From the IMG/VR virus record IMGVR_UViG_3300042448_001253, positions 1 to 64,000 of that record: DNA of 64,000 nt. One strand, given 5' to 3'. How positions within the stretch are numbered: position 1 is the stretch's first letter; each line of letters opens with the position of its first letter. The stretch is from a virus. A program made the position numbers and the translations under genes. Of this stretch, positions 44,631 to 54,576 are shown one piece after another. Below the pieces are notes generated by a model. It did not search any database. It was given only the letters and a program-made list of their open reading frames with translations, and was not told the DNA's origin.

Positions 44631-46511
44631 CTACCCTATCCAGCCAGAGCGGTATTTGACCACGGCAGTTCCCACGCCACCGGTTTTAGTAAATTGAAAG
44701 ACGTTATTCCCCGGCTTTAATTTTATCCAGTCAATGTCTGCAGCCAGCATAGAGCGGGAGCTGTCAGGTAGCCCTCTATACTCAACACTGTTGTTATAGG
44801 TATCAATTTCAAGAGTATCGCTTACGGACAGAGTGACCACACCACTGGAAACGACTGCACTCGCTATCTCGTAGGATAGCTTGCCTTCATAACTAGTCGG
44901 CTGATTAGAGACTGTTTTAGTGAAAGTAAAAGTTGTAGATGAAGTATTTGAGACAACTGCATAGGTACCGTTGAAAATAGGGTTGCTTGTCCCTGAAATA
45001 TGGAATGAGTTTCCAGCAGACATTCCGTGATTAGCAGCTGTAGTAACCGTAGCTAGGTTGGATGAGTGAGTTATGCTAACAACATTAACGCCTGGATTTA
45101 CATAGCTTAGGGTATTAGAAGTTATTGCTGTAATTACAACATTTGGTTTGTTATACCTAGCTGCTACGCTAGTGACAGTTATAGTGTCCCCTACAAGGAA
45201 TCCATGCTCAGATACACCGGAAGGGTTGGTGATAGTTAAAGTTGCAATGCCAGACTGGTTTACAGAGTTAGAGACATTGGAAGTGGTAAAAGTGGTAGCC
45301 GCACGCAAACTTTTGATTATTTTTATAGTTTGCGTAGTAGTTCCGGAGACGCTAGTAATATAAGCAGGTGCGGTTACAGGAGCAGTAACAACAAAACTTG
45401 CAGCAACGTCAGTATTCCCCTGATTAGTTAAAGTTGCATCCGTTATGTCAAAATAAGGATATACAGACGATGCTTGGTGGAATAGCACGGCATCATAGAA
45501 TGCCGCTTCAGCACCAGTTCCTGCATATCTTGTATAGAAAGCCACTTGAGCTTTTACGGCTCCGGCAGGTGCTGTTGCAGTAAGACTTAATCTTGTCCAA
45601 GTACTAGGATTAATTGAAAATAGTTGAGCACTAGTCGGAGAGACATTAGGCACCTGAGAAATTATAGTATCCGATGAGTCGTACCAGTTAATATTAAGGT
45701 AAGCAGTAGTATCGTATGTTTCAGATAGTCCATACGCTGATGCAGTGTAGACCTCTCCAGCAACAACTGCTGGAGAAGTTTCGGTAGTAGTTGAAGCAAT
45801 ATATAACGCACCAGGAGACCCTGTAACTACCGAACTAACTTTGAGAGATGCTGTTCCAGAGTAAAACTTAGACGTAGAACGGGCAACTGTAGTAGATAAG
45901 TACCCTCCCCAACCATCAGCGTTAGTCCCAAAATTAGGATTGGGTATTAGATTAGTAAGTCCGACAGAGGTTAACCCATCTCCAGACTCTAGACCCTCCC
46001 AGCCATACTTTATCGGGTCTCCTGCTTTTAGCGGGATAGAAAACTCTATACGACCACGAGCACTAACGTTAGTGATTGACGGCTGTCCAGAAAGTCTAAC
46101 GTAGGCCGCTTTTTTAGGAGACTCATCAACAAATAGCCAAGCACCAGTGTAGACAAGGTTGAAAGCCTCAAGTAGTTCCTGACGAGCAGCCGGCACCTGA
46201 GACGGAGTTTGGGTCAAGATAGCACCAGTAAGGGTTAGGCTACGAGCAGTCCAGCGGCCACGAACATCGTAAGAGCCATCGTCTAGACCACGCTTGTAAT
46301 CCTGGACCTCAACGCCAGATGAGTTCCACCAACCTTCAATATCAGTACACACCCAAACAACGTTGTTAGCGTCTATAGTATTTAGCGTTAGGCCGTTGAT
46401 ACGAATATCTCCGGCTAGAACCATACCGGTCAGATGTGGTCTAGGTAGTTTAGTTAAGGCCGTATTTACAGAATCGTTCTCATAACCCTGCGGGTCAACA
46501 TATGGAGTCAT
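44631..46511 (-). CDS. Distal tail (Dit-like) protein with inserted carbohydrate-binding-like domain
   Basis: Directly after tape measure; GRW.AR.LTL.G, LKAGDP.KY; NLIPNPNF CBM-like insert; W.KL.PG.N. Confidence 0.8.
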   Translation of the reverse strand: MTPYVDPQGYENDSVNTALTKLPRPHLTGMVLAGDIRINGLTLNTIDANNVVWVCTDIEGWWNSSGVEVQDYKRGLDDGSYDVRGRWTARSLTLTGAILTQTPSQVPAARQELLEAFNLVYTGAWLFVDESPKKAAYVRLSGQPSITNVSARGRIEFSIPLKAGDPIKYGWEGLESGDGLTSVGLTNLIPNPNFGTNADGWGGYLSTTVARSTSKFYSGTASLKVSSVVTGSPGALYIASTTTETSPAVVAGEVYTASAYGLSETYDTTAYLNINWYDSSDTIISQVPNVSPTSAQLFSINPSTWTRLSLTATAPAGAVKAQVAFYTRYAGTGAEAAFYDAVLFHQASSVYPYFDITDATLTNQGNTDVAASFVVTAPVTAPAYITSVSGTTTQTIKIIKSLRAATTFTTSNVSNSVNQSGIATLTITNPSGVSEHGFLVGDTITVTSVAARYNKPNVVITAITSNTLSYVNPGVNVVSITHSSNLATVTTAANHGMSAGNSFHISGTSNPIFNGTYAVVSNTSSTTFTFTKTVSNQPTSYEGKLSYEIASAVVSSGVVTLSVSDTLEIDTYNNSVEYRGLPDSSRSMLAADIDWIKLKPGNNVFQFTKTGGVGTAVVKYRSGWIG

Positions 46512-49500
46512 TAGATAGTCGCACCTTTACGCATTTCGTTTCTAAGTTGGTAAGCAACAAGAGATGCTACCTGCTGTTCGTCCATACCCGGAGCGGCGTT
46601 GACTACAATAGACATCCCGCTTCCCATTCCAGAAACATTTCTATTACCGTTGATAGCATTTAGAAGTTCCAGATTCTGAGCGGTAGCACGAGCGTTTACA
46701 ACAAACTCACCGTTTGAAATCATCGCAGGGATTTGGTCCGAACGGGCAGTACCTAAGCCAGAAACTCTACCGCTATAGCTAGGGCCGAATCCATCAGCAA
46801 ATCGGCCAACTAGACCACCGTTACTAAACCCTCTGAATAGTCCGACGCTGAAGAACCCGCCATCCTTCTTCTCAGCAGCAACTGTAAGAACGACGTCTCC
46901 AAGACCTTCCTTAAGTTTAGTCTTTGCATCGGTCAGTGCTTTCTTATCCCACTGAGCAGTTAGATTTACAGTGCTCGCAAGGTCAGCTCCACCCTGCAGA
47001 CGTTTTTGCTCAGCAATAATATCTTTATCTCTAATACCAAACTTAGCAGCAAGCTCTAAAGCACCAAGCTCTCCTTGGCTAGCAAGCATTTGAGCTCTTA
47101 AGCCAGCAGTTCCGCCCATCTGCTTAGTAATAACGTTAATTACAGCAGTAGTATCGCCAAAAGCGGCAGCAAGAGTTTCAGCATTTGCAGTTGCAGTAGA
47201 TGCAACTTTATTTGCAGCAGTGTAGTTATCAACGGCAGCTTGACCACCTGCAGCAAGAGCCGCAACTAAATCTGCTCCAGCAGCCCCCTGAGAAATAATA
47301 CCTTGAAGTGCTTTCTTATCTTTAAACAATGTATTAAGTTTAGAGATGTTTAGTCTCCAGTTTGTGAGTGCAGTACCCTGAGTCTTTAAATTCTCTAGAT
47401 ATTTAGTTAGGCTAAACTTACCATTTTCATCTGTTGCTTTTTGCATAGCATCATTTGTGTCAATAAATGATTTAGCTGCATTCTTAAATGTTTCAGCAAA
47501 TTTCTTCTGCTCAAGTACAGCTTTTCTACGAACATAAGAGCCTTCACCGATAGCGTAGTCAACAGCTTTCAAAGCGTTTACAGTGCCGTCAGCATTCATA
47601 ATGGTGTCACCCATAGCCTTGGCTTGCTTCTCTAGAGATGCAACCATGTCCTTGTTAGAGAGAATTGCTTCCTCGGTGGCCTTACGGTTCATACCGCTAG
47701 AGACAACTAGGTTACGGAATTGACGCTGAGCCTCCGGAAGGTTCTTCTTAGCTAGCTTAGCTAGGCTAGTCATGTAAGTGTCCATGGCTTCTCTAGCAGC
47801 GTACGTCTTTTGACTGTACACTGTTATAGTTCTTCCACCCTTACCGTACTGAATCTGAGTACCGTTTAGAGCTTTACCCATCTCCTTGATGCTTTTGATT
47901 CCATTTTTCTGGTCATCTCGTACGGATAGCAGCGATGCAGTCCACATGTCCTGAGCATCCTTGACCCCAATAATTTTGCCTCTAGTACTATCAAAGCTAC
48001 TGTCAATCTCTTTGCTAGCTTTTTTAACGTTATCAGCTTTGATTTGGTTAAACCAAGATACAAGAGCAACAACTACAGCAATAACTGCAGCGATGGCTAA
48101 AACAATAAGAGTCAATGGCCAGATAGCTGAGTTAACTGCTACAGAGAATGCTGTTACTGCCGGGGTAGCTATACCTGAAGCAACTCCAACAGCTCCAGTC
48201 GCAACTGCGTCTGCTCCCTTAGCTGTAACACCCGCCCAGGTGGCTGCGGTTTCGACGGTTCTTTTACTAGCAGAGAATGCAACTTTTATTGCGTTCATAG
48301 CTGCAAGTCGACCTTCTTTAGTCATAAGAAGTAGTAGTCCAGCTTTAGCTCTAGCTGCAAATGTTTCCGCAGTTGTGTTTAGTATTATTGCTGTTCTATA
48401 GATTCTAAGAACTTTAATTACGCCAGTAACTTTTCCACTAAAAAGTAAAAATGTTCCAGCAATAATTTTACCAGCTGTATTTAGAAGCAGCATGGTGGTA
48501 ACCAGAGCACCAATAAGACCTATAAGAGGACCAAGTGCATTCATTAGAGGTTGCAGTGTTCTTAAGAAGGCACCAATACCACCTAGTATGTTTCCAAGAA
48601 CGCGTAAGTAAGTTTCTAACTGACCGGCGTCGGCAAATGCTGCAACAATTTCAACTATACGAACCAGTAGGATAGCTAGCTCGTCGCTAGAACCTTGAAT
48701 AGATGCAAAGATTTCTTGCAGCGGTCCCTCTAAATCAGCTAGAATTCCCCAGAAAGCAGCAACTGCAGGGCTTGTACCTAGTTCGGTCATAAAGCCAAAT
48801 ATCTTACCCAGACTGTCAAGCATAGCCTTCAGGTTTGTAGCTGCAGCTAAGAAGTGCTGCTTACGAGCAAATTCTCCGGCTGCTCCATCTAGACCTTTAA
48901 ATCCAACAGTTCCTTTATTGAAGAAATCTAGTAGTAGCTGACCTCCGGTACCTGGACCAACGTTAGCCTTAATCATCCCCTTAAATTTTTCAAATAGACG
49001 TCCTAGAATTGCACCCCAACCAGCGGCCGCATCTCCTGCATCTTTAAAGAACTGCATAATGTTTGCAAAGTTGCCTTGCATGTTCTTACCGAAGTCGTCA
49101 GCTTTAGCATCTAAAAATAAAGTAAACCTACTGATTAGCGGCTGAATAGCACGCATCAGAGCTAGGAATCCGCCGAATGCTTTACCTAAAGTTCCGCCTA
49201 GCGTACCCACGGTAGTCGAGCTATTTTTAAAGAACTCAGCCATATTGTTTTTAGTTTGCGGGTCAAATAGAGTTCCAGCAAAACTAGCCGTTGCTTTACC
49301 AAGACCTTTGCTTACCTCTGAGAACCCGTCGACAAGCATGTCAAAGAATCCGCCGCTAAACATCTCTTTCATTTGCTCTGTAAGCACAGGCAAGAAGCTA
49401 GATGCAGCAGCCTCTTTTAATTCCTTCATTCGAGGCTGTACGCTAACTAGATACTGAGCAAACTTTTTCTGTGTCTCGGTTAAATCTTTGTACGGGTCGG

Positions 49501-50239
49501 CTCCAGCAGCTCCTCCAGAACCCTTTTTCTTAGGATTAGCAATCTGCTCTTGAAGGTCAGCGTTCCTGTCTTTAGCTTTTCTAAAAGCCAAATCGGCTTG
49601 CTGATAGGCAAGTTCAGCCTCACGTCTAGCACGGTTGTCCGGCGGTAGATTTTGAACCCTAGCGAGGTTTTCTCTTGCTTTTTCTAAAGCTATTGCAGCT
49701 TCTTCTTGACTAAGAGCGGCACCTTCAGCAGCAAATGCAAGTTGCTGCATTTCCTCTTTAAGTTCTCTAATACTTTTACTAGTGCCCCCGGCAGCAGTGC
49801 CACCAGCTTTGACGGCCTGCATTACTCCGCTAAATGCCTGCTTACCTACTAGGCTAGCAACTTTCAGCTGAGCCATAATACCGACTAGTGCTATGCTGGC
49901 AGATGCAGCTCCAGCCATGTTGCCAGCTAAAGCAAGGAGACCGCTACCAAGAGCAGCCACCGACTGGATTAGAGCACCAATACCCGCTTGAAGTACGTAG
50001 CTTCTACGGACAGTTTTAGCAAAACTACTAGCTACGCTTTCAGATTCTTTTCTTAGCCTCTTAAAAGCATCAGCACCACCACCTAGCCCTTCGTTCAGTC
50101 CTTTATTAAAAGACTTAGAGACTTCTTCGGAGGCCTTCTGAGCCTCGGCAGTAGCACCATGGAATCCTTTACGAATTTGTTCTTTTACGCGGCTAGTATC
50201 CGCGATGACGGTGATTTTTGCTTCACCTACTACTGCCAT
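46511..50239 (-). CDS. Tape measure protein
   Basis: 1242 aa, Ala/Gly-rich helical; follows the chaperone pair; C-terminal SDQIPAMISNGEFVVNA. Confidence 0.92.
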   Translation of the reverse strand: MAVVGEAKITVIADTSRVKEQIRKGFHGATAEAQKASEEVSKSFNKGLNEGLGGGADAFKRLRKESESVASSFAKTVRRSYVLQAGIGALIQSVAALGSGLLALAGNMAGAASASIALVGIMAQLKVASLVGKQAFSGVMQAVKAGGTAAGGTSKSIRELKEEMQQLAFAAEGAALSQEEAAIALEKARENLARVQNLPPDNRARREAELAYQQADLAFRKAKDRNADLQEQIANPKKKGSGGAAGADPYKDLTETQKKFAQYLVSVQPRMKELKEAAASSFLPVLTEQMKEMFSGGFFDMLVDGFSEVSKGLGKATASFAGTLFDPQTKNNMAEFFKNSSTTVGTLGGTLGKAFGGFLALMRAIQPLISRFTLFLDAKADDFGKNMQGNFANIMQFFKDAGDAAAGWGAILGRLFEKFKGMIKANVGPGTGGQLLLDFFNKGTVGFKGLDGAAGEFARKQHFLAAATNLKAMLDSLGKIFGFMTELGTSPAVAAFWGILADLEGPLQEIFASIQGSSDELAILLVRIVEIVAAFADAGQLETYLRVLGNILGGIGAFLRTLQPLMNALGPLIGLIGALVTTMLLLNTAGKIIAGTFLLFSGKVTGVIKVLRIYRTAIILNTTAETFAARAKAGLLLLMTKEGRLAAMNAIKVAFSASKRTVETAATWAGVTAKGADAVATGAVGVASGIATPAVTAFSVAVNSAIWPLTLIVLAIAAVIAVVVALVSWFNQIKADNVKKASKEIDSSFDSTRGKIIGVKDAQDMWTASLLSVRDDQKNGIKSIKEMGKALNGTQIQYGKGGRTITVYSQKTYAAREAMDTYMTSLAKLAKKNLPEAQRQFRNLVVSSGMNRKATEEAILSNKDMVASLEKQAKAMGDTIMNADGTVNALKAVDYAIGEGSYVRRKAVLEQKKFAETFKNAAKSFIDTNDAMQKATDENGKFSLTKYLENLKTQGTALTNWRLNISKLNTLFKDKKALQGIISQGAAGADLVAALAAGGQAAVDNYTAANKVASTATANAETLAAAFGDTTAVINVITKQMGGTAGLRAQMLASQGELGALELAAKFGIRDKDIIAEQKRLQGGADLASTVNLTAQWDKKALTDAKTKLKEGLGDVVLTVAAEKKDGGFFSVGLFRGFSNGGLVGRFADGFGPSYSGRVSGLGTARSDQIPAMISNGEFVVNARATAQNLELLNAINGNRNVSGMGSGMSIVVNAAPGMDEQQVASLVAYQLRNEMRKGATI

Positions 50240-50260
50240 AAGTTCACCTCCTCCTAATCA

Positions 50261-50671
50261 CTAATTAATTGGAGCATCTAGGATGTCACCAAACGGAGTG
50301 CTTGAGAACTCATCCATGTTGGTTGCTGGAACAAATGGTTTTGTCTCAGCATTGGTAGGGTCAAATGGAGCAAGGTCATCAAAGTCGAAATCAGAATTAG
50401 CTGCAGCAGTCCTATTCTTAATCTCATCAGACGCATACCTGTAGTTAATCCCATAAAGTTGCTTGAATATGGTGATACGTCTAGCGTCAGTCATTTGAGC
50501 CTGCTCTACGCTAGCGTAATTCAGGTCTTCTTCATAGAAGTAGTGAATGACATCTAGCATGTCAGAGAGTTCCATCTCTTCAAGTCTCAATCCATTCACT
50601 AGTGCTTTACCATTTACATACGGCCAGAGGTCAACCGCCCAGAGTGTTAGGCCTCTGGCTGCTGATTTGGG
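50261..50671 (-). CDS. Tail assembly chaperone, frameshifted (GT-like) portion
   Basis: -1 frame open from the slippery site: PKSAARGLTLWAVDLWPYVNGKALVNGLR... Confidence 0.85.
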   Translation of the reverse strand, partial: PKSAARGLTLWAVDLWPYVNGKALVNGLRLEEMELSDMLDVIHYFYEEDLNYASVEQAQMTDARRITIFKQLYGINYRYASDEIKNRTAAANSDFDFDDLAPFDPTNAETKPFVPATNMDEFSSTPFGDILDAPIN

Positions 50672-50988
50672 CGATTACCGTATTCTTCAATAATCCAACC
50701 GATGATTTCACCAAGTGTTTCAACAGAAACAATCTTGTCTGGGTCATCAAGTAGAGCATCAAAACGCTTGTATGTCTCAGCAGACATAACCTTTTCAAAG
50801 AAAACTCGGGTAATTTTTGCGGAGTCTCCTGCGTCATCTGAGTTTGCTAGTTCAACGAACTGTAGTAGGGTCTTACCCTGCATTCTTGGGTGGCACACAA
50901 ATTCTTCACCGTGAAGTGCGAACTTGATTGGTTCCTTGCTATCTGAACCGTCTTCTTTACCTTTGCCAAAATCTTTAAATCTTGCCAT
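50647..50988 (-). CDS. Tail assembly chaperone (G-like)
   Basis: Upstream of tape measure; ends near a canonical slippery heptamer. Confidence 0.88.
   Translation of the reverse strand: MARFKDFGKGKEDGSDSKEPIKFALHGEEFVCHPRMQGKTLLQFVELANSDDAGDSAKITRVFFEKVMSAETYKRFDALLDDPDKIVSVETLGEIIGWIIEEYGNRPNQQPEA
50665..50671 (-). other. Programmed -1 ribosomal frameshift site C-CCA-AAT
   Basis: XXXYYYZ heptamer in the correct phase, joining the two chaperone frames. Confidence 0.85.
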
Positions 50989-51048
50989 CTTAGTAGTATC
51001 CTTCTTTTGTAGTTGTAGTGGAAAGGCGTTGATATTACGCCTACGTCT

Positions 51049-51076
51049 ATTGTACTATGGCTTAGAAATGCCTATT
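51049..51076 (-). promoter_or_regulatory. Candidate late promoter AATAG-N17-TACAAT
   Basis: Upstream of the chaperone gene; leader contains an AGGCGT/ACGCCT hairpin. Confidence 0.45.
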
Positions 51077-51504
51077 TAGACTCTCTTTAGTCCAGCTAAA
51101 ACGTCTAGATTTTTGAACAGGAATCTATTAGGTTTGGTTCCAGGGTGCTTGACTATAATTGTTCTAATCAACCTGCTCTTAGACATAAACACTAACTGAG
51201 GAGCTTTGTCAGGCTTAATGATGTGCGGCCTTGTTCCGTTGTGGTGGGCCAGGGCGTAAGGCAGCGGAGCTATTACCTCAGCATATTGACCAGCAGAAGT
51301 ACCCCTATGGGTGCTATAAATACTGTCACGCAATGCACCGCTCTTAACACCAACGTCTCTCTTAGCACGAATGATAGTGCGGTTGAGACGTCTATCTATG
51401 TACTTCCATAGGTTGTCTTTATCGCCTTGACCTGAGTCAGGAGTATTTAGGAAGAAGTGAAGCGGTTGGTCATAAATCTTGATTCGAGTTCTAGGGGTAG
51501 CCAT
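51076..51504 (-). CDS. Neck/tail completion protein (HK97 gp10-like)
   Basis: VKSGALRDSI...YALAHHNGTRPH.I...V.HPGTKPN.FL. Confidence 0.8.
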   Translation of the reverse strand: MATPRTRIKIYDQPLHFFLNTPDSGQGDKDNLWKYIDRRLNRTIIRAKRDVGVKSGALRDSIYSTHRGTSAGQYAEVIAPLPYALAHHNGTRPHIIKPDKAPQLVFMSKSRLIRTIIVKHPGTKPNRFLFKNLDVLAGLKRV

Positions 51505-52001
51505 TATGGAACCGCTATCGTAATCTGAAGTCCAACTGTATTGAACCCGCCATCTGGACCAGAAATCTGCAACTGGGCAACCACACCAAGGCCGTAGCCA
51601 GTGTCATCCCACATATCAAACTCACGAACAGTTTCCATCAAAATCCAAGCATCAATTGTAGGAAGTACGGAAGTTTGCTGAATCTTGTCTCCTGTTGGAG
51701 GTCTACCGTTTACGCCAACGATGGCTACTTCACGAGAGATAAGAATACGGAAGGTTGCAGTGCGAGGAACGTTGCATCGGTTAGGTTGAGCAATCTCATC
51801 GCCTGGAGTTCCTAGATACAACTGGTCAAACGCAATAACAACCTGCTCGCAGTCCAGGGCTGGCTCACCAATCATCCAGTAGCGGCGGTTAGGTAAAGCA
51901 ACGTTATAACTTTGATAGACGCTCTCTACACGTTCTAGAACTCCGTCTAGCATGTTCTTTAGGCGTAATGCCTCGGAATCTACTCCACTTAAGTCTCTCA
52001 T
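51504..52001 (-). CDS. Tail terminator-like protein
   Basis: Position between adaptor and neck genes; P.LDCEQ.V...GP.GG. Confidence 0.6.
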   Translation of the reverse strand: MRDLSGVDSEALRLKNMLDGVLERVESVYQSYNVALPNRRYWMIGEPALDCEQVVIAFDQLYLGTPGDEIAQPNRCNVPRTATFRILISREVAIVGVNGRPPTGDKIQQTSVLPTIDAWILMETVREFDMWDDTGYGLGVVAQLQISGPDGGFNTVGLQITIAVP

Positions 52002-52015
52002 CTATCCTTCTATCC

Positions 52016-53146
52016 CTAAGGGTACATCTTTATAGTTAGGTTGCCATCAGCAATCAGATTGATATTAGGGACTCCCGCAATAGTCTTGGTTGCGTATAGC
52101 GTCCAAGTTCCAGGGTCTACCATTCCGATTGCAGCAAAAGCTTTATCGTAAGAAACGCTAAAGCTGACAACATTAGTAACTGTGTTTACAGTTATTGCAG
52201 ACGGGTCTAGGTCAATAGATTTAGTCCCGCCGTAGTTGCGAAGAGTTACTACGGGGGTCCAACCTACATCGTCAACAAGAGCAGTAACGTTGGCTGTAGT
52301 TCCTGTAGAAGTCCAAGTACCTGCAGTTGCCCCATGAACGTTGATGTCATAGTCAGCGTCAGCAGTTAGATACAAAGGCTTAGCTGTGTAGCGACGAGCA
52401 CGAGGAACGTCAGGGGTAAATACCTTAGCTTTCTTACGAGCGTTGTCAGGGTTTACTGTTTTTAGGAATAAGTCGATAGCGTAGACACCAGTGCGAAGTT
52501 CGTCAATGAACTCCTGGTTGTCTAGGATTGTGTACGATACACCTTGACGAGATACGGAAGTTACACGCTGCGGTAGAGCACAGTCGTCGTCGCCAGACCA
52601 AAGTTTAGCGAACTCCATAGCTAGAGTCCTAGCAGCCATCTTTCCAGCCGCAGGTACAGGAGTTCCGTAGGTGTAAGTAATTTCTGTGTTGCAAGGAGTC
52701 CAAGGAGTGCCAGCAACAACGTGAATGGTCGAGTGGTCTACTAGGTAATAGCTTGAAGGGTCTAGGATAAGACCAGTCTTATTACGCATAGCAATAATCT
52801 TTACGACTGGTCTTCCACGGAGGCGGATACGTGCGTCGGGAGAGAGGCCGTCTGCAACGAGTTCTGAATACTCGTCGTAGTCTCCAGATGGGATGTTATA
52901 AACATCTCCACCAAAAAGTACAGGGGAGTTAGTCTTAGTCGATGGTCCCATGCGGTTGTTTCTAAGCACACAGGTATATCTTTCGGTAACTGTAGTTACG
53001 CCAGTGTATTTACGTCCAGACATTGCCCAGAGCATAAACGACGCAGTCTGAGCCGCCTCGGCAGCGTACTCAGTGTTAGCGTAGTCGCCTAGGTCTTCCG
53101 GCTGGACCCACAAATTATTAGACATAATTCTCCATTGTGAAACCAA
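52016..53146 (-). CDS. Head-to-tail adaptor
   Basis: AS..LWA.SGRKY...C.LPQRVTSVSRQGVS...TG..AIDLFL..VNP; probable start MSNNLW. Confidence 0.75.
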   Translation of the reverse strand: MVSQWRIMSNNLWVQPEDLGDYANTEYAAEAAQTASFMLWAMSGRKYTGVTTVTERYTCVLRNNRMGPSTKTNSPVLFGGDVYNIPSGDYDEYSELVADGLSPDARIRLRGRPVVKIIAMRNKTGLILDPSSYYLVDHSTIHVVAGTPWTPCNTEITYTYGTPVPAAGKMAARTLAMEFAKLWSGDDDCALPQRVTSVSRQGVSYTILDNQEFIDELRTGVYAIDLFLKTVNPDNARKKAKVFTPDVPRARRYTAKPLYLTADADYDINVHGATAGTWTSTGTTANVTALVDDVGWTPVVTLRNYGGTKSIDLDPSAITVNTVTNVVSFSVSYDKAFAAIGMVDPGTWTLYATKTIAGVPNINLIADGNLTIKMYP

Positions 53147-53148
53147 GC

Positions 53149-53183
53149 GGGCGGCACATCCAAGATTATTGGATGCACCGCCC
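53149..53183 (-). terminator. Strong hairpin after the major tail gene
   Basis: GGGCGGTGCATCCAA-TAATC-TTGGATGTGCCGCCC, 15-bp stem. Confidence 0.7.
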
Positions 53184-53197
53184 TACTTAGTCAGCTA

Positions 53198-54544
53198 CTA
53201 GATGTCGCTCTGAGAGCCAATTTCGTTAGCGGTGATGATGTTGTCGATTACGTTAGCTGGGTTGTAAGCAACGCTACCAGGAACGTTGAATGAGCTTCCA
53301 GCAACTGCATCGCTGATTGATGTGGTTGCAACTGGGGAAGCTGGGCGAACCTCAGTTACTGAGTTGACCAACTGAACACGTCCAGGAGATACTACGGTTG
53401 TTACTGCCACGTTTGCAGCTGTCTTATTGTATCTGATTCTAGGAAGAGCAGTAGCAGCACCTACAGCAGTCTCAGTTGGAACGTCGGTTCCAACCTTAGG
53501 AACAGTTACTGTAGTAGCGTTTGCTGTAGCAACGGTAACATTAGACACATTCAAAGCTGCTGCGTAGCCAGTGACAGTAATAATGTCGCCGGCCTCTAGA
53601 GCTAGCCCAGTACCTGTGTAAGTAATTACGTTAGAGGTTAGGTTAGCAGTAGCAAAAGCTGAGCTTGCAGGAGACACAGTAGTTACTGTGTAGGTTCCAT
53701 CGAATGACTCACCGATGTTGGTAACAACAATCTGGTCGTTTGTCTGGATGTTAGGGTTAGCACTGAATCTTAGAGTAGCTACGTTGCTTGTAAGAGCAGC
53801 GTTGCTTACAGTGATTGTGCTTGGCTGTAGGGCGTTAGACGCAGTAAATACAACCTGGTCAGTAGCGTTGTCAGTCCAAGTGTAGAATCCGCGTAGACCA
53901 ACTGGTGCCCATGAAGAACGTGCGTAAGCGTATGGACGCTCAGCAGCAACCGGGAATTCCCAGCGTCCGTCGATACCAGATGCGAAGTTCACGTTTCCTA
54001 GACCATAGCCTTCGAATGTGTTAGCCAATAGACCGTTTTCAATAACGCGGTCGCCTGACTGACGGAACTTAGCGTATGGGAATACCCAGTGGAAGTAAGG
54101 AAGAACGCCATTACGCTTTCCACCTGATACTGCGTGAGACCAAGCCTCAACTGCAACACCGTTACCTGCAGGGTCATCGCCTACACCAGGAGCAGCCCAA
54201 CCAACAGACTGGTTGTTAGGGTCAAGTGTAGAGCCAATGTTCTTGCGAAGTAGTAGACCACCTGATAGTAGAGCAGAAAGCTCTGGGTCTGGCTCACAGA
54301 TAGCTAGTTCCATTGTGATTCTTTTTAGAGTGTCCGGGGCTTTGTATGATACACATACAACACCGTTTGCACCCTTTTCGGTGATTTCATCGCCCTCTTC
54401 ATATTCTGGGGTGAATGAAACACGCATGAAGGCCGAGGTAGTGTAGCTGTCCTGCGGACCAGTTAGTAGGTTTCCAGCAGCGTCCAGACGGGTGACACGG
54501 ATTGACACACCTTGGATGCTTGCTGCATAATCTTGAGTAGCCAT
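53198..54544 (-). CDS. Major tail protein with C-terminal accessory domains
   Basis: RVTRLD..G...EYEEGDEIT.K.ANG.VC...P.TLKR....AICEPDPEL; Thr/Ala/Val-rich extension. Confidence 0.88.
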   Translation of the reverse strand: MATQDYAASIQGVSIRVTRLDAAGNLLTGPQDSYTTSAFMRVSFTPEYEEGDEITEKGANGVVCVSYKAPDTLKRITMELAICEPDPELSALLSGGLLLRKNIGSTLDPNNQSVGWAAPGVGDDPAGNGVAVEAWSHAVSGGKRNGVLPYFHWVFPYAKFRQSGDRVIENGLLANTFEGYGLGNVNFASGIDGRWEFPVAAERPYAYARSSWAPVGLRGFYTWTDNATDQVVFTASNALQPSTITVSNAALTSNVATLRFSANPNIQTNDQIVVTNIGESFDGTYTVTTVSPASSAFATANLTSNVITYTGTGLALEAGDIITVTGYAAALNVSNVTVATANATTVTVPKVGTDVPTETAVGAATALPRIRYNKTAANVAVTTVVSPGRVQLVNSVTEVRPASPVATTSISDAVAGSSFNVPGSVAYNPANVIDNIITANEIGSQSDI

Positions 54545-54576
54545 TTAGCTATTCTCCTTAGGTTATTAGTTTTGGT

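Noticed and set aside
50631-50837. +1-frame ORF as the chaperone frameshift product
   Set aside because: It stops after NTLGG; only the -1 frame reaches the downstream ORF.
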